Shown here: positions 36,906-46,397 of the stretch, piece after piece
Position numbering within the stretch: position 1 is the first letter of the stretch
Layout of the letters: the number at the start of each line of letters is the position of its first letter
Assembly (NCBI GenBank): GCA_046759445.1
Contig: JBHICG010000003.1
Location: forward strand, 32,001-96,000
DNA from: Candidatus Scalinduaceae bacterium
GTDB lineage: Bacteria > Planctomycetota > Brocadiia > Brocadiales > Scalinduaceae
Reading direction: 5' to 3'
Length of the DNA: 64,000 nt
Made by a program: the position numbers and the translations under genes
Notes under the pieces: generated by a model
The model's input: only the letters and a program-made list of their open reading frames with translations
What the model was told of the DNA's origin: nothing
The model's database searches: none

Positions 36906-38372
36906 TCAGGGACTTATGCCTGATGTTACAGCTTCTGTTTCAATCTTATTCAGTACATCAGGGTCCAGGAGGGCCGCAACCTCAAACGAAAACCTGGCAA
37001 GGAGTTCCTTTTGCTGTTTCAATAATGTTGTTCCTACGTTTATATAAAGTTTGCCTAAATCAGACATGCTATTGATTATTATGTTTCTAGGAAGATTAAG
37101 GTATTTCAACAATTCATCACAACTTTTTATACATTCCTCTATGTTATTCTGGGAGATATAAATCTTGCTCAATGCAAGATGGGCCTCAATCAGGTATTTG
37201 TCCAACTTTAATGTACTCAAAAAGCAATCTTTTGCCTGATTAGTATTTCCCACTCTCTCATATGCAACAGCCAGATTAAATAGTGCATCGATGTGTTGTG
37301 TGTCTTTATTGATAACTAATTTGAACGTATTAATTGCTTCATCGAATTGATTATCCTTCAAAAAGAGAAGTCCCATGCGATATTGAGCCAGTATTTCTTT
37401 TGGATAATTATCTAAATCTTCTTTGAATTGGAAATGCTCTGAGTTGTGTAATTTGTCAAGGATGTATATGAGAGTCTCGGTCTGTTTGTCTATCGTTGAA
37501 AAATGTTTGTCATAGACCGTTTTGACTTTTTTTCTCATTGTCTCAATCTGCCTGTCAGTGTAAGAGTTTAAGATGGAAATAGTATTATGCCAGTCCTCTG
37601 GATCTATAATGACTGAAAAAGAACCGTAATCTAATATCTCACTAAACGGCAAGACCCACCCGTGAGTAAAGATAACGGGTATCGTTCCAAATGCCATTAC
37701 TTCAAGTAAACGATAGGAAAATAAAGCATCTCCTCTGAGGATTAACGAGAACCTTGTATTCGATAAAAGGTCCAGATATTCCCGATTATTTTCTTGTCCA
37801 GTTGCCCATGGCCTCGTGTGGCCACTTTTATTATGATCCAGGAGCTTTATGATAATATCGTCATTATTGTGAAATTTTAGAAAGTTTAGTCTGAAAGGAT
37901 GTGATATTGCTCCCTTAAATGTCAAATAATATTTCTCCTGGCGTGTGAAATGAGCAGGAATTTTAGTGGTTGGAGAGGCCGGAAAGCTAACGTCTATTCC
38001 TTTTCTATAATTATCATTGGACAAACTGGAGGAGGCAAGAATTACATTTTCGTATTCAAACATTTTGGTAAAATTAGAGAATGGATTCATATCAAAAAGG
38101 ACATGTCTTTTGGGGCCATTCCAAAATTCTAATTTCCGAAGTTGACCAGGCGCCTCACTGAAATCTGTTAGTTTACCTTTTATGAATGCTTTATCCGCAT
38201 GCCCATATTCTGGCCAATTGGTTTCGCAAGCAGTGTCAAAGCCTGGAAAAAGAAGTGTCGCTTCTTTCGGATCAACGACTCTCTGCTTATGAGTCTCTAG
38301 AGACTTGTGAACTAAATCATACCATTTCGTGAGACATTTGGAATTTGTTTTTGGGTAGAGATAAAATTTCAT
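36906..38372 (-). CDS. Exostosin (GT47)-like glycosyltransferase plus TPR
   Basis: YLTFKG, YLDLLSNTRFSLILRG..LFSYRLLEVMAFGTIPVI....WVLPFSEILDY. Confidence 0.85.
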   Translation of the reverse strand: MKFYLYPKTNSKCLTKWYDLVHKSLETHKQRVVDPKEATLLFPGFDTACETNWPEYGHADKAFIKGKLTDFSEAPGQLRKLEFWNGPKRHVLFDMNPFSNFTKMFEYENVILASSSLSNDNYRKGIDVSFPASPTTKIPAHFTRQEKYYLTFKGAISHPFRLNFLKFHNNDDIIIKLLDHNKSGHTRPWATGQENNREYLDLLSNTRFSLILRGDALFSYRLLEVMAFGTIPVIFTHGWVLPFSEILDYGSFSVIIDPEDWHNTISILNSYTDRQIETMRKKVKTVYDKHFSTIDKQTETLIYILDKLHNSEHFQFKEDLDNYPKEILAQYRMGLLFLKDNQFDEAINTFKLVINKDTQHIDALFNLAVAYERVGNTNQAKDCFLSTLKLDKYLIEAHLALSKIYISQNNIEECIKSCDELLKYLNLPRNIIINSMSDLGKLYINVGTTLLKQQKELLARFSFEVAALLDPDVLNKIETEAVTSGISP

Positions 38373-38459
38373 GACAACTCACAGACTAAACTATAGCATC
38401 GTTACCATAACCGTTTAACGTAAATTTATAGTATAGGAATTTTCATTTTAATGTTTACC

Positions 38460-38802
38460 AGCCCGACAGTATCGTTATGGCGGGTAAATCGATCTTGCTG
38501 GTTCAATCATGTTGATTGAACCTAAATGTTCTGGCTCAGGCTGCAAGCCTGAACCAGCCAAATGGTTAAATTCAATCCCCCTTAGTCCCCCTTTAGTAAA
38601 GGGGGTTCTGTGTTCTGTGTTTCGGGAGTCCCTCCCGAAACATCATCATCTCTAATACTTACTGTTAAATAAAGCATGAAGATTCGCTTCGGGAGAGACT
38701 CCCGAAACACAGGAATTTGTTTCAATTTATGTTAATTGGTGTCTGTTGCGGAATTGTCAATGACATTTTTGGGAATTTAAGTTTCCGCAATAGAAACTAA
38801 TT
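38460..38802. repeat. Cluster of several palindromic elements
   Basis: GCTGGTTCA..TGAACCAGC, CCCCCTTTAGTAAAGGGGG, two TTCGGGAG..CTCCCGAA units and a TGTTGCGGAA...TTCCGCAATA element that contains the GT stop codon. Confidence 0.8.
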
Positions 38803-41800
38803 AGCAGTTAGAACATTTACTGTATCCATTGGTTGAACTCGTTTCAGATCCTCGCATATCTTAAAAGCAGTATCAGCAGCTTGAGTATCCCGCCTTTCTT
38901 TAAGTTTATGGCCTATTATGTCAAAGAGATTTGCCAGATCAGATATGCTTTCCAATGTTATATTTCTAGATATATTGAGGAGTTGCAATAACTGGTCGCA
39001 ATAAGAGACAACATCTTCGAAATTACCTTGAAGAATATTAATTTTGCATATAAGTAATCTGATATCAAACAGAGAAGGTTCTATATTGACGGCCTTTTCC
39101 CAAAAATGAATAGCTTCCTTGAGGTTGCCTTTTTTAAATTTAACATGACCCATTTTGATAATTGCATCTACTGAAGTATCTTTAATATTTAGGAGCTTCT
39201 TGTAGATTTCCTCCGACTTTTCAAGATTGTTATTATCCAGATAGAATTTACCTATAAGCCTAAGGCAATCTTCAATTGCAGTCGACACCTTAAGCGCTTT
39301 ATCTATCTCGGCATTGCCCTTTTCATTCTGACCGCTGGATAGGTAGTAAAATCCACGTAACAAATGTATCTTCCATTTATGACCAATGGTATAGTAGGTA
39401 TATGCATTAATCGCTTCATTGTGATTTGCGATACTATCCAATAGAGTTATATAATTGTCTGAAGTCTGCAGAAAATTGTCATACTTTTTCAGATTGTAAT
39501 AAATGAATGATAGGATACAGAAAACATCTAAGTAATTTTCATCGATTCCCATTGCTCGCAGGGCGTATGTTTCTGACTCTTTTAGTTCTCCTTTCTCAAA
39601 ATATGCGGCGCTGATAACGTAGTAAGAAACCAGGAAATCTTTTATATTAAATCCATTATTCTCTGCAAGTTCTAATGCCCTCTTACTTTCTGAGACTGCC
39701 TCATCATACATACCCTGATCCAGATACGAAATGCCGAGGTACCTGTGCGGAACAGGATTATGTGGTTCTTGTTTTATCTGATCCTTTAATAATATGGTGG
39801 TGCGTAAAAACTTTTCTTCCATTTTTTCTTCAGATAAGTTATAGCCGTGATGGATAACACTTAACGAGGAATCAAGACATTTACCCGTATGCCTTAAGCG
39901 ATTGTGCACAGTTCCCTCATAATACGTCCCGTTAAAGTTCTTGAAAAGGCGTATCATCTTTGCGTAGCATTCTTGTGTGGAATCTTTAAACTTATTTTTA
40001 ATAAGAAAAGAAACAGCCGTATAGTTGTTATTACTGGCTATTTCTTTTAGCTTGGGGATATCAGTCTTATTCATCTCTTCGTCGGCATCGAGTATTAATA
40101 TCCATTCACTGGTTGCATATTTCAGTGAATAATTTCTTGCCTTGCTAAAACTCCCTTCCCATGGATGATGAAATAATTTTGCTCCAAAACTCTTTGCAAT
40201 CTCGACACTCCTGTCAGTAGAACCTGTATCAACAATTATTATTTCATCTACTACATCTTTGACGATGTTAAGGCACTGTGCAAGATTATGTTCTTCATTT
40301 TTTACGATCATGCAGAGGGATATACTGCCATGAAATCCCCCCCACTGCTTTCTTGCACCGTAGCGGCACGCTGCGAAAGCAAGAAGTGGGGGGGATTTAG
40401 GTGGATTCTCTCTTCTCTTCGATAATTTCTTCTGGACGTTTTTGAGGTTATTTATGATTACCTGATTATGAGGGTCAAATTCACTGGCCTTTTTGAAGAA
40501 GAACGCTGCCCTTTCGTACAACCCTTCTTTATCTTCAAGACAACCAAGATTATTGTAAATCTCTGCATCCTTTACCCTCTGAAGGACTTTATAAAAGAAG
40601 ATCCTTGATTCCTCGAATCGCTTCATGTCAAGACACAGTGTTCCCATGCCCTTGATAGCATTGACGTAATCTGTATCGATTTCTAATGCCTTTTTATATA
40701 GCGTTTCTGCCATCTTAAAATCATTCTTTAAGTAATACAAACGTCCGAGATTGTACTGTGCGGATTTTGATTGAGGACAAAACTCACAAGCCTTCTTCAG
40801 GTAAAAATCGGCATGGTCGTAATCATCGAGTGAACTATATACACAACCAAGATTTTCGTATGCCTCGAAATAATCAGGTGATATGTCTATGGCTTTTTTC
40901 AAATACTTTACTGCATCTTCAAATAAACCTTTCTCTGAACACTGTATTCCAAGGTCAAAGTGTGCCCTTGCGTTGTTGGGATTGTCTTTTATCTTTTTCA
41001 TGCCGATAGAAAGATACAAGTCTCCTTTTTTGTCTAGTTGTTGTTTGTCTTTAGCTTTTCCGTAATGATGAATTACAATATCAGTATTTCCTATTTGATT
41101 GTTTCCATCAAGGTGTGAAATATCCGCAATTTCATGCACTCTGCCACTGAAACGGATCCCCCTCCGGTTTTTGAATAGTCTGATTAGGGGAGAATCTATA
41201 TATCCAGCGTAATCCTTGCCTTCAATGTAGTCTGTCTTATTCTCCATCCAGCCCTTGAAACCTGCATAATTTTCATAATTTCTCTGTATCAAATTAAATC
41301 CGGTATTATCTGTAATACTTATTAATTCCCTTATTCTTTGCATATCTTTCTCTGCTATGACTTCGTCTGCATCGAGCGCCAATATCCAATTGCCAGTTGC
41401 ATGTCTAAGAGATATATTTCTTGCCTCACTAAAATCGTCATTCCATTTATGGCCGTACACCCTGGCGCCATACTGTTTTGCTATCTCAACAGTTTCATCA
41501 TCTGAACCTGTATCTACTACAATAATCTCGTCTACAAATGGTTTCATCTTTTGCAGACATTTTGGCAGGTAGTCTTCTTCATTCTTAACTATCATGCATA
41601 AGGATATAGTTGATCTGCTTTTTTCATCCAAAGATCTTACAAATATTCCATCCATTTTACTAATTGGAGGATTATCCAGTTCTACTTTGCCAACAGGCAT
41701 AATCCCCCTTCCTCCCCCTTTGATAAAGGGGGAATGAGGGGGATTTTCATCTTCCTTCCTGTCCGAACGCCTTGCCTGAGCGGATGTGCCTTCTTTTGAA

Positions 41801-43008
41801 GTGATTGTTACGTTTTTGTTATTAAAAATATTGTTGTGACTTCTTTCAAAAATAGTGTTTGATGGCGTACAAGTTCCTTTTATTTCTCTATCAAGCTCTC
41901 CATCCCATTCTCTGGCTATTACGTCCCATGAATAATTTTCTAATGCCCTGTGATGTGCTGTCAAGCTCATTTCGTTCCATCTATCCTTGTATCTTATCAG
42001 ATGAACAACCTCTTTTACGAACCGATCTTGATAATCACGAGATTTACTATTTCCTGATATACAAATACCTGTCTTATTGTGTAGAACTGTTTCACTTAAC
42101 CCGCCTGATTCTGTTGTTACAACGGGAAGTCCGGCAGCTTGCGCCTCTATTGCGGCTATGCAAGAAGTCTCAGTGAAGTGGTTGGGATATACCATTAGAT
42201 AGGATTTCTTTAATTCGTCGGATAATATGTTCTGAGGTATGCTGCCCTTGAGGTAAATGCCCGGCTGATTGCATTTGTCATAAAGCTTTCCATACATCTT
42301 CCTGTTATCGTCTTCTGACATTCCGTATACGCACATACTGCTATATATAAATAGTTCAGCAAATGGTATTCTGGTTTTAATAATCGGGAAAACATCCAGA
42401 AGTACATCCAGCCCCCTGAAAGGAGTACTGGTATACACAAGCCTGCCAATATTTCTTTTGTATTTATTGTTTTCGTAAAATTCTCGATTTATACCATTTC
42501 TGCTTAGAAAAAATTTTTCTGAGGATATATTAAAATGTTTCATCATTGTCTCTGCTTGCCATTTCCCAACGGTAAAGATCTTATCGATTCTGTTTTGAAT
42601 ATATTTATTGCCAAGGTCTTTCAGGAATGGCTGGTCGTAAGCATCCTGTGTCCAGAATATTTTTAATCTTGCAGGAAGATTCATTTTAAAGGCATCCAAC
42701 ATTCTTGAGACAACCATGACATCGAAGTTTTTCCCCAAAATATAACTTTCGGATTCTTTGATGTCTTGATATAAAACACCATTGTAGTTTCCAGGGGCAT
42801 TACATGGACAAATGACTACTACATCATTGCCAAGCCTGGCCAATTCTTTTGCAATGTATATTATTGCAGTTTCACTGCCGCCCAATCCTTTGTTTATAAT
42901 AGTCTCAGGATTGAATTCTACGCTGTTGGCAAGGAATAATATGGATTTCTTCATATCTTTAACTTTAATATTTTGCCACAGAAATTCCACGGAATTATGC
43001 TGAAACAC
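38797..43008 (-). CDS. Multidomain glycosyltransferase GT4-GT2-TPR-GT2-TPR (ATG at 42954 possible)
   Basis: GLGGSETA and ETSCIAAIEAQAAG (GT4). Two SLCMIVKNEE...DADE domains. TPRs. Confidence 0.92.
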   Translation of the reverse strand: MFQHNSVEFLWQNIKVKDMKKSILFLANSVEFNPETIINKGLGGSETAIIYIAKELARLGNDVVVICPCNAPGNYNGVLYQDIKESESYILGKNFDVMVVSRMLDAFKMNLPARLKIFWTQDAYDQPFLKDLGNKYIQNRIDKIFTVGKWQAETMMKHFNISSEKFFLSRNGINREFYENNKYKRNIGRLVYTSTPFRGLDVLLDVFPIIKTRIPFAELFIYSSMCVYGMSEDDNRKMYGKLYDKCNQPGIYLKGSIPQNILSDELKKSYLMVYPNHFTETSCIAAIEAQAAGLPVVTTESGGLSETVLHNKTGICISGNSKSRDYQDRFVKEVVHLIRYKDRWNEMSLTAHHRALENYSWDVIAREWDGELDREIKGTCTPSNTIFERSHNNIFNNKNVTITSKEGTSAQARRSDRKEDENPPHSPFIKGGGRGIMPVGKVELDNPPISKMDGIFVRSLDEKSRSTISLCMIVKNEEDYLPKCLQKMKPFVDEIIVVDTGSDDETVEIAKQYGARVYGHKWNDDFSEARNISLRHATGNWILALDADEVIAEKDMQRIRELISITDNTGFNLIQRNYENYAGFKGWMENKTDYIEGKDYAGYIDSPLIRLFKNRRGIRFSGRVHEIADISHLDGNNQIGNTDIVIHHYGKAKDKQQLDKKGDLYLSIGMKKIKDNPNNARAHFDLGIQCSEKGLFEDAVKYLKKAIDISPDYFEAYENLGCVYSSLDDYDHADFYLKKACEFCPQSKSAQYNLGRLYYLKNDFKMAETLYKKALEIDTDYVNAIKGMGTLCLDMKRFEESRIFFYKVLQRVKDAEIYNNLGCLEDKEGLYERAAFFFKKASEFDPHNQVIINNLKNVQKKLSKRRENPPKSPPLLAFAACRYGARKQWGGFHGSISLCMIVKNEEHNLAQCLNIVKDVVDEIIIVDTGSTDRSVEIAKSFGAKLFHHPWEGSFSKARNYSLKYATSEWILILDADEEMNKTDIPKLKEIASNNNYTAVSFLIKNKFKDSTQECYAKMIRLFKNFNGTYYEGTVHNRLRHTGKCLDSSLSVIHHGYNLSEEKMEEKFLRTTILLKDQIKQEPHNPVPHRYLGISYLDQGMYDEAVSESKRALELAENNGFNIKDFLVSYYVISAAYFEKGELKESETYALRAMGIDENYLDVFCILSFIYYNLKKYDNFLQTSDNYITLLDSIANHNEAINAYTYYTIGHKWKIHLLRGFYYLSSGQNEKGNAEIDKALKVSTAIEDCLRLIGKFYLDNNNLEKSEEIYKKLLNIKDTSVDAIIKMGHVKFKKGNLKEAIHFWEKAVNIEPSLFDIRLLICKINILQGNFEDVVSYCDQLLQLLNISRNITLESISDLANLFDIIGHKLKERRDTQAADTAFKICEDLKRVQPMDTVNVLTAN
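40334..40408. repeat. In-frame palindromic element within the 1403-aa GT
   Basis: CCCCACTGCTTTCTTGC[ACCGTAGCGGCACGCTGC]GAAAGCAAGAAGTGGGG. Confidence 0.88.
41701..41793. repeat. In-frame palindromic elements within the 1403-aa GT
   Basis: AATCCCCCTTCCTCCCCCTTTGATAAAGGGGGAATGAGGGGGATT, followed by CCTGTCCGAACG...CGGA. Confidence 0.85.
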
Positions 43009-43021
43009 AATGACAACGAAA

Positions 43022-43110
43022 TTCTAAGCATTAAATCCCGGCCTCGCCGGCAGGCCCGTCAGCCATTCTTCGGGCAGGCAGGCGAAATACAAAACAATTT
43101 CAAATTTCAA
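43022..43110. repeat. Nested element in a short-tandem-repeat host
   Basis: AAATCCC[GGCCTCGCCGGCAGG[CCCGTCAGCCATTCTTCGGG]CAGGCAGG]CGAAATAC. Confidence 0.7.
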
Positions 43111-43135
43111 AAGATATTGAGCAATTATTCATGTG

Positions 43136-45019
43136 CTAAACCGCAATTCGCAATCCCAAATCGACAACCTCTTGTAACAATGCCTTTCTAATCTGTTCGA
43201 ACACTCCACCCCAATCTTTTGGTCTGGTTTGTCTAAATAAGCGCACATCCGGATACCACGGGCTATCATCACGGTTTAATAACCAGCGCCAATCTGGCGC
43301 AAAAGGCAAGAGAACCCACACCTGTTTGCCAATGGCTCCAGCTAAATGCACAACTGCGGTATCTACGGCAATGACCAGGTCTAAATTGGATATTGCGGCT
43401 GCCGTATCTGCAAAGTCGCTTAAATCATTTTCAAGGTCTATGATTTTCATTCCCTTAGGCGAATTAAGTATTTCCACCGATGCTGGTCCTTTTTGAAGAC
43501 TGTAAAAAGTTAACCCCGGAATGTCAGCAAGTGGAGCAAGGTCAGTGAGTGAACAGGAACGATTGCGGTCATTTCTATGCCTGGGATTGCCTGCCCAAAC
43601 AAGGCCAACCTTAAAAGTATCGTCTTGATCAAGGCGCATGCGCCATTGCGCCACAAGTTCGTGATCAACCGAAATATAGGGTACATCCGATGGTATAGTT
43701 TGCAGAGTTGTGCCAAATATTCCTGGTAGACTTAGTAATGGTATATGGAAGTTAAAATGTGCGGCAGGTTTACGGTTAGCTTTATGTTCTATAATCTCGT
43801 CAAACCCTGTACATTTTTTTAATAAGCGTGAAAGAACCTGCTGGCACTCAAATATTACGTGTCCTCCTTGTGCATGTACCATAGGGAGATATCTCACGAA
43901 TTGAATGGTGTCGCCAAGACCTTGCTCTGCGTGTACGAGTATGGACTTGCCTTTTAGCGGCGTGCCGTCCCATCGTGGTTGCTGGAAGACGTTTGAAGTG
44001 CAATCTTTTGTGAGCAATCTCCATTCATACTCTGGCCAGCCGTCTTCAAAGCTTTCTGTTAACAATAATGCAAGAGACCTATTTCTATACGCCTCTACAT
44101 ACTCAGGTCTGAGTTCAATTGCGCGACTGTAACTCTCTACAGCTTTGTCAAGTTTGCCCTGGTCTTGAAGCGCAACAGCAAGATTATTGTGCGAAGTGGC
44201 ATCGTCTGGTTTAAGGGCAATTGCGCGTCTACAACATGCTACCGCCTCATCAAGCTTGCCTTGTTCTTGAAGTATAACGCCAAGATTGTTGTGTGCCGTG
44301 GCATCGTCTGGTTTAAGCTTAATTGCTCGCTTACAGTATTTCACTGCCTCATCAAATTTACCCTGTTTTTTTAAGGTGTTACCAAGATTATAATGAGCCT
44401 CAACATAGTTCGGTTTGAGTTTTATAGCCTGGATAAAGCTCGCAATTGCTTCGTCAAGTCTGCCTAGTTCTTGTAGCGCCGTAGCGAGATTATTATGCGC
44501 TATTACATAATCGGGTCTGAGCTTTAATACCTGCCTGTAAGTTTTTACTGCCTCATCATATTTACCGTGTTCTTGAAGTGTATTGCCAAGATTGAAATGA
44601 ACCTCAGCATCGTCTGACTTTAGCGCTATTACGCACCTGTAACTTTCTATGGCTTCGTAAAATTTATCCTGTTTTTTAAATGTGTTGCCGAGATTGAAAT
44701 ATACGTCAGCATAGTCAGGGTTGATTGCTATTGCTTGATTATAAGTGGCTACTGCCTCGTCAAGTTTGCCCTGTTCTTGAAGTGCCGTGCCAAGATTGTT
44801 ATGCGCAACCACATTGTCTGGTTTGAGTTTTATTGCCTTCCTGAGGAAAGTGGCGGCTGTATCATGATTTCCCTGTTGTAGATTCAAGGTGCCAAGGAGA
44901 AAATTTGTATCAGCGTGTTCTGGCTGTTTCTTCAGTAGCTTTTGGTAAAGTTGCGCTGCTGCTGCTAGATTTCCAGCCTGGTGATAATTATACCCTTTTT
45001 GAAGCCATCCTTTAACCAT
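43136..45019 (-). CDS. TPR repeats plus GT9-like glycosyltransferase domain
   Basis: About 8 TPRs. EQGLGDTIQFVRY, VWAGNP, DLVIAVDTAVVHLAGA, DWRW. Confidence 0.9.
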   Translation of the reverse strand: MVKGWLQKGYNYHQAGNLAAAAQLYQKLLKKQPEHADTNFLLGTLNLQQGNHDTAATFLRKAIKLKPDNVVAHNNLGTALQEQGKLDEAVATYNQAIAINPDYADVYFNLGNTFKKQDKFYEAIESYRCVIALKSDDAEVHFNLGNTLQEHGKYDEAVKTYRQVLKLRPDYVIAHNNLATALQELGRLDEAIASFIQAIKLKPNYVEAHYNLGNTLKKQGKFDEAVKYCKRAIKLKPDDATAHNNLGVILQEQGKLDEAVACCRRAIALKPDDATSHNNLAVALQDQGKLDKAVESYSRAIELRPEYVEAYRNRSLALLLTESFEDGWPEYEWRLLTKDCTSNVFQQPRWDGTPLKGKSILVHAEQGLGDTIQFVRYLPMVHAQGGHVIFECQQVLSRLLKKCTGFDEIIEHKANRKPAAHFNFHIPLLSLPGIFGTTLQTIPSDVPYISVDHELVAQWRMRLDQDDTFKVGLVWAGNPRHRNDRNRSCSLTDLAPLADIPGLTFYSLQKGPASVEILNSPKGMKIIDLENDLSDFADTAAAISNLDLVIAVDTAVVHLAGAIGKQVWVLLPFAPDWRWLLNRDDSPWYPDVRLFRQTRPKDWGGVFEQIRKALLQEVVDLGLRIAV

Positions 45020-45026
45020 TACATAA

Positions 45027-46238
45027 TTACTCGCTTTGTCTTAAAAATTTATCCTTGCTAAAAAGCACATTAAAAACAAATTTTGATTGCAAATACTGGT
45101 CGGGCATCAATTTAACCACTTTTAGATTTAAACCTTCTCCACTGAAACAGTAGGTGTTGTATCCAAGTTCACTCATAAACTTCCTTAGTTCACCTTCACT
45201 TGTTCCCATTTGCCGTAAAGCAGACCTATTAACTTCACAGATAATATAGGGAATATTATTTTTTAATATGATGGTTTCGCCTCCGCGTAGAATATCGAAT
45301 TCGGCTCCCTCCGCATCAATCTTTATCAGTTTGCAAGTCACAAGATTTTTATCTCTAAAAAAATTGTTCAGAGTTTCGAGTTTAATTTTTTTTACTAATT
45401 GATTAACACGGCTTATCTTGTTGAAACTATGTGTGCCTACATCCCATAAAGCGTGTCCTCCATCATTATCCAGATTTAGAAAAAAATCAGTTTCTCTATT
45501 TTTTACTCCCAATGCCAAATTAAATGCGTGTATATTCGTTTTTTTATTGATTGTAATATGTCTTTTTATGTGATTGTAATTAGAAATAGATGGTTCAAAA
45601 GTGAAGACATTGCCTTCTTTTCCAACTAACTCAGAGGCTAACAATGAAAAATATCCAATGTGTCCTCCAATATCGATTACAACGTCGCCCATTTTTACTA
45701 TAGTTGCTATAAAACAGGAAGTTTCTTCTTCATATAATCTATTATGTGAGATAAAATCCCAAATTATTTTTTGACTAAATTCTTCCAGATTTAATGTCAG
45801 CTTATACTTCAGAGGAATATCGCCTAGCTTAAAGGATAAATTTATTTCCTTTGTTATATTAGAACTAAATGAGTAATCTTTTTGCTTCTTTAAGTTATTA
45901 ATTATAGTTTCCTTTTCTTCTGTTGATAGGCAATTGCCGTACTCTGTCAAAATCGTTTTTACTGCCTTCCAGTTGCCAATTTCTTGATAATTCAAAATAA
46001 GATTGTGTATTGCATCTGTATTATTATTGTCTTTTCTGAGCACTTCCAAAAAAGTCGATGTGGCTTCATGGTATTTCCCTAACCTGTATAGAGATACGCC
46101 TTTATTATTTAAGGCAGAAAGATTTCCAGGTTCCTTTTCCAATATAGATTCGAAGATTTTAAGAGCCTCTTCTATTGCTCCTTCCCGAAAGAGTTGTTCT
46201 CCATGCGCAATTTCTCCACTTAATATGCCTGTAGTCAT
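45027..46238 (-). CDS. TPR plus FkbM-family methyltransferase
   Basis: VIDIGGHIGYFS, FEP, KIDAEGAE. Confidence 0.92.
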   Translation of the reverse strand: MTTGILSGEIAHGEQLFREGAIEEALKIFESILEKEPGNLSALNNKGVSLYRLGKYHEATSTFLEVLRKDNNNTDAIHNLILNYQEIGNWKAVKTILTEYGNCLSTEEKETIINNLKKQKDYSFSSNITKEINLSFKLGDIPLKYKLTLNLEEFSQKIIWDFISHNRLYEEETSCFIATIVKMGDVVIDIGGHIGYFSLLASELVGKEGNVFTFEPSISNYNHIKRHITINKKTNIHAFNLALGVKNRETDFFLNLDNDGGHALWDVGTHSFNKISRVNQLVKKIKLETLNNFFRDKNLVTCKLIKIDAEGAEFDILRGGETIILKNNIPYIICEVNRSALRQMGTSEGELRKFMSELGYNTYCFSGEGLNLKVVKLMPDQYLQSKFVFNVLFSKDKFLRQSE

Positions 46239-46397
46239 TTTTGTCTCCTGTTTAGCCTTCTATAATTTTTTGCTCTTTTTTGTTCAACAATAATTCTAGG
46301 AATTTCAATGTTACCACAAAGATTCCTGTCTGCCGTGCTCACGGCACAGGCGGGCAGGTCTGGTTTCTTACCCGACATAATGAAGACTGCCGAAGGC

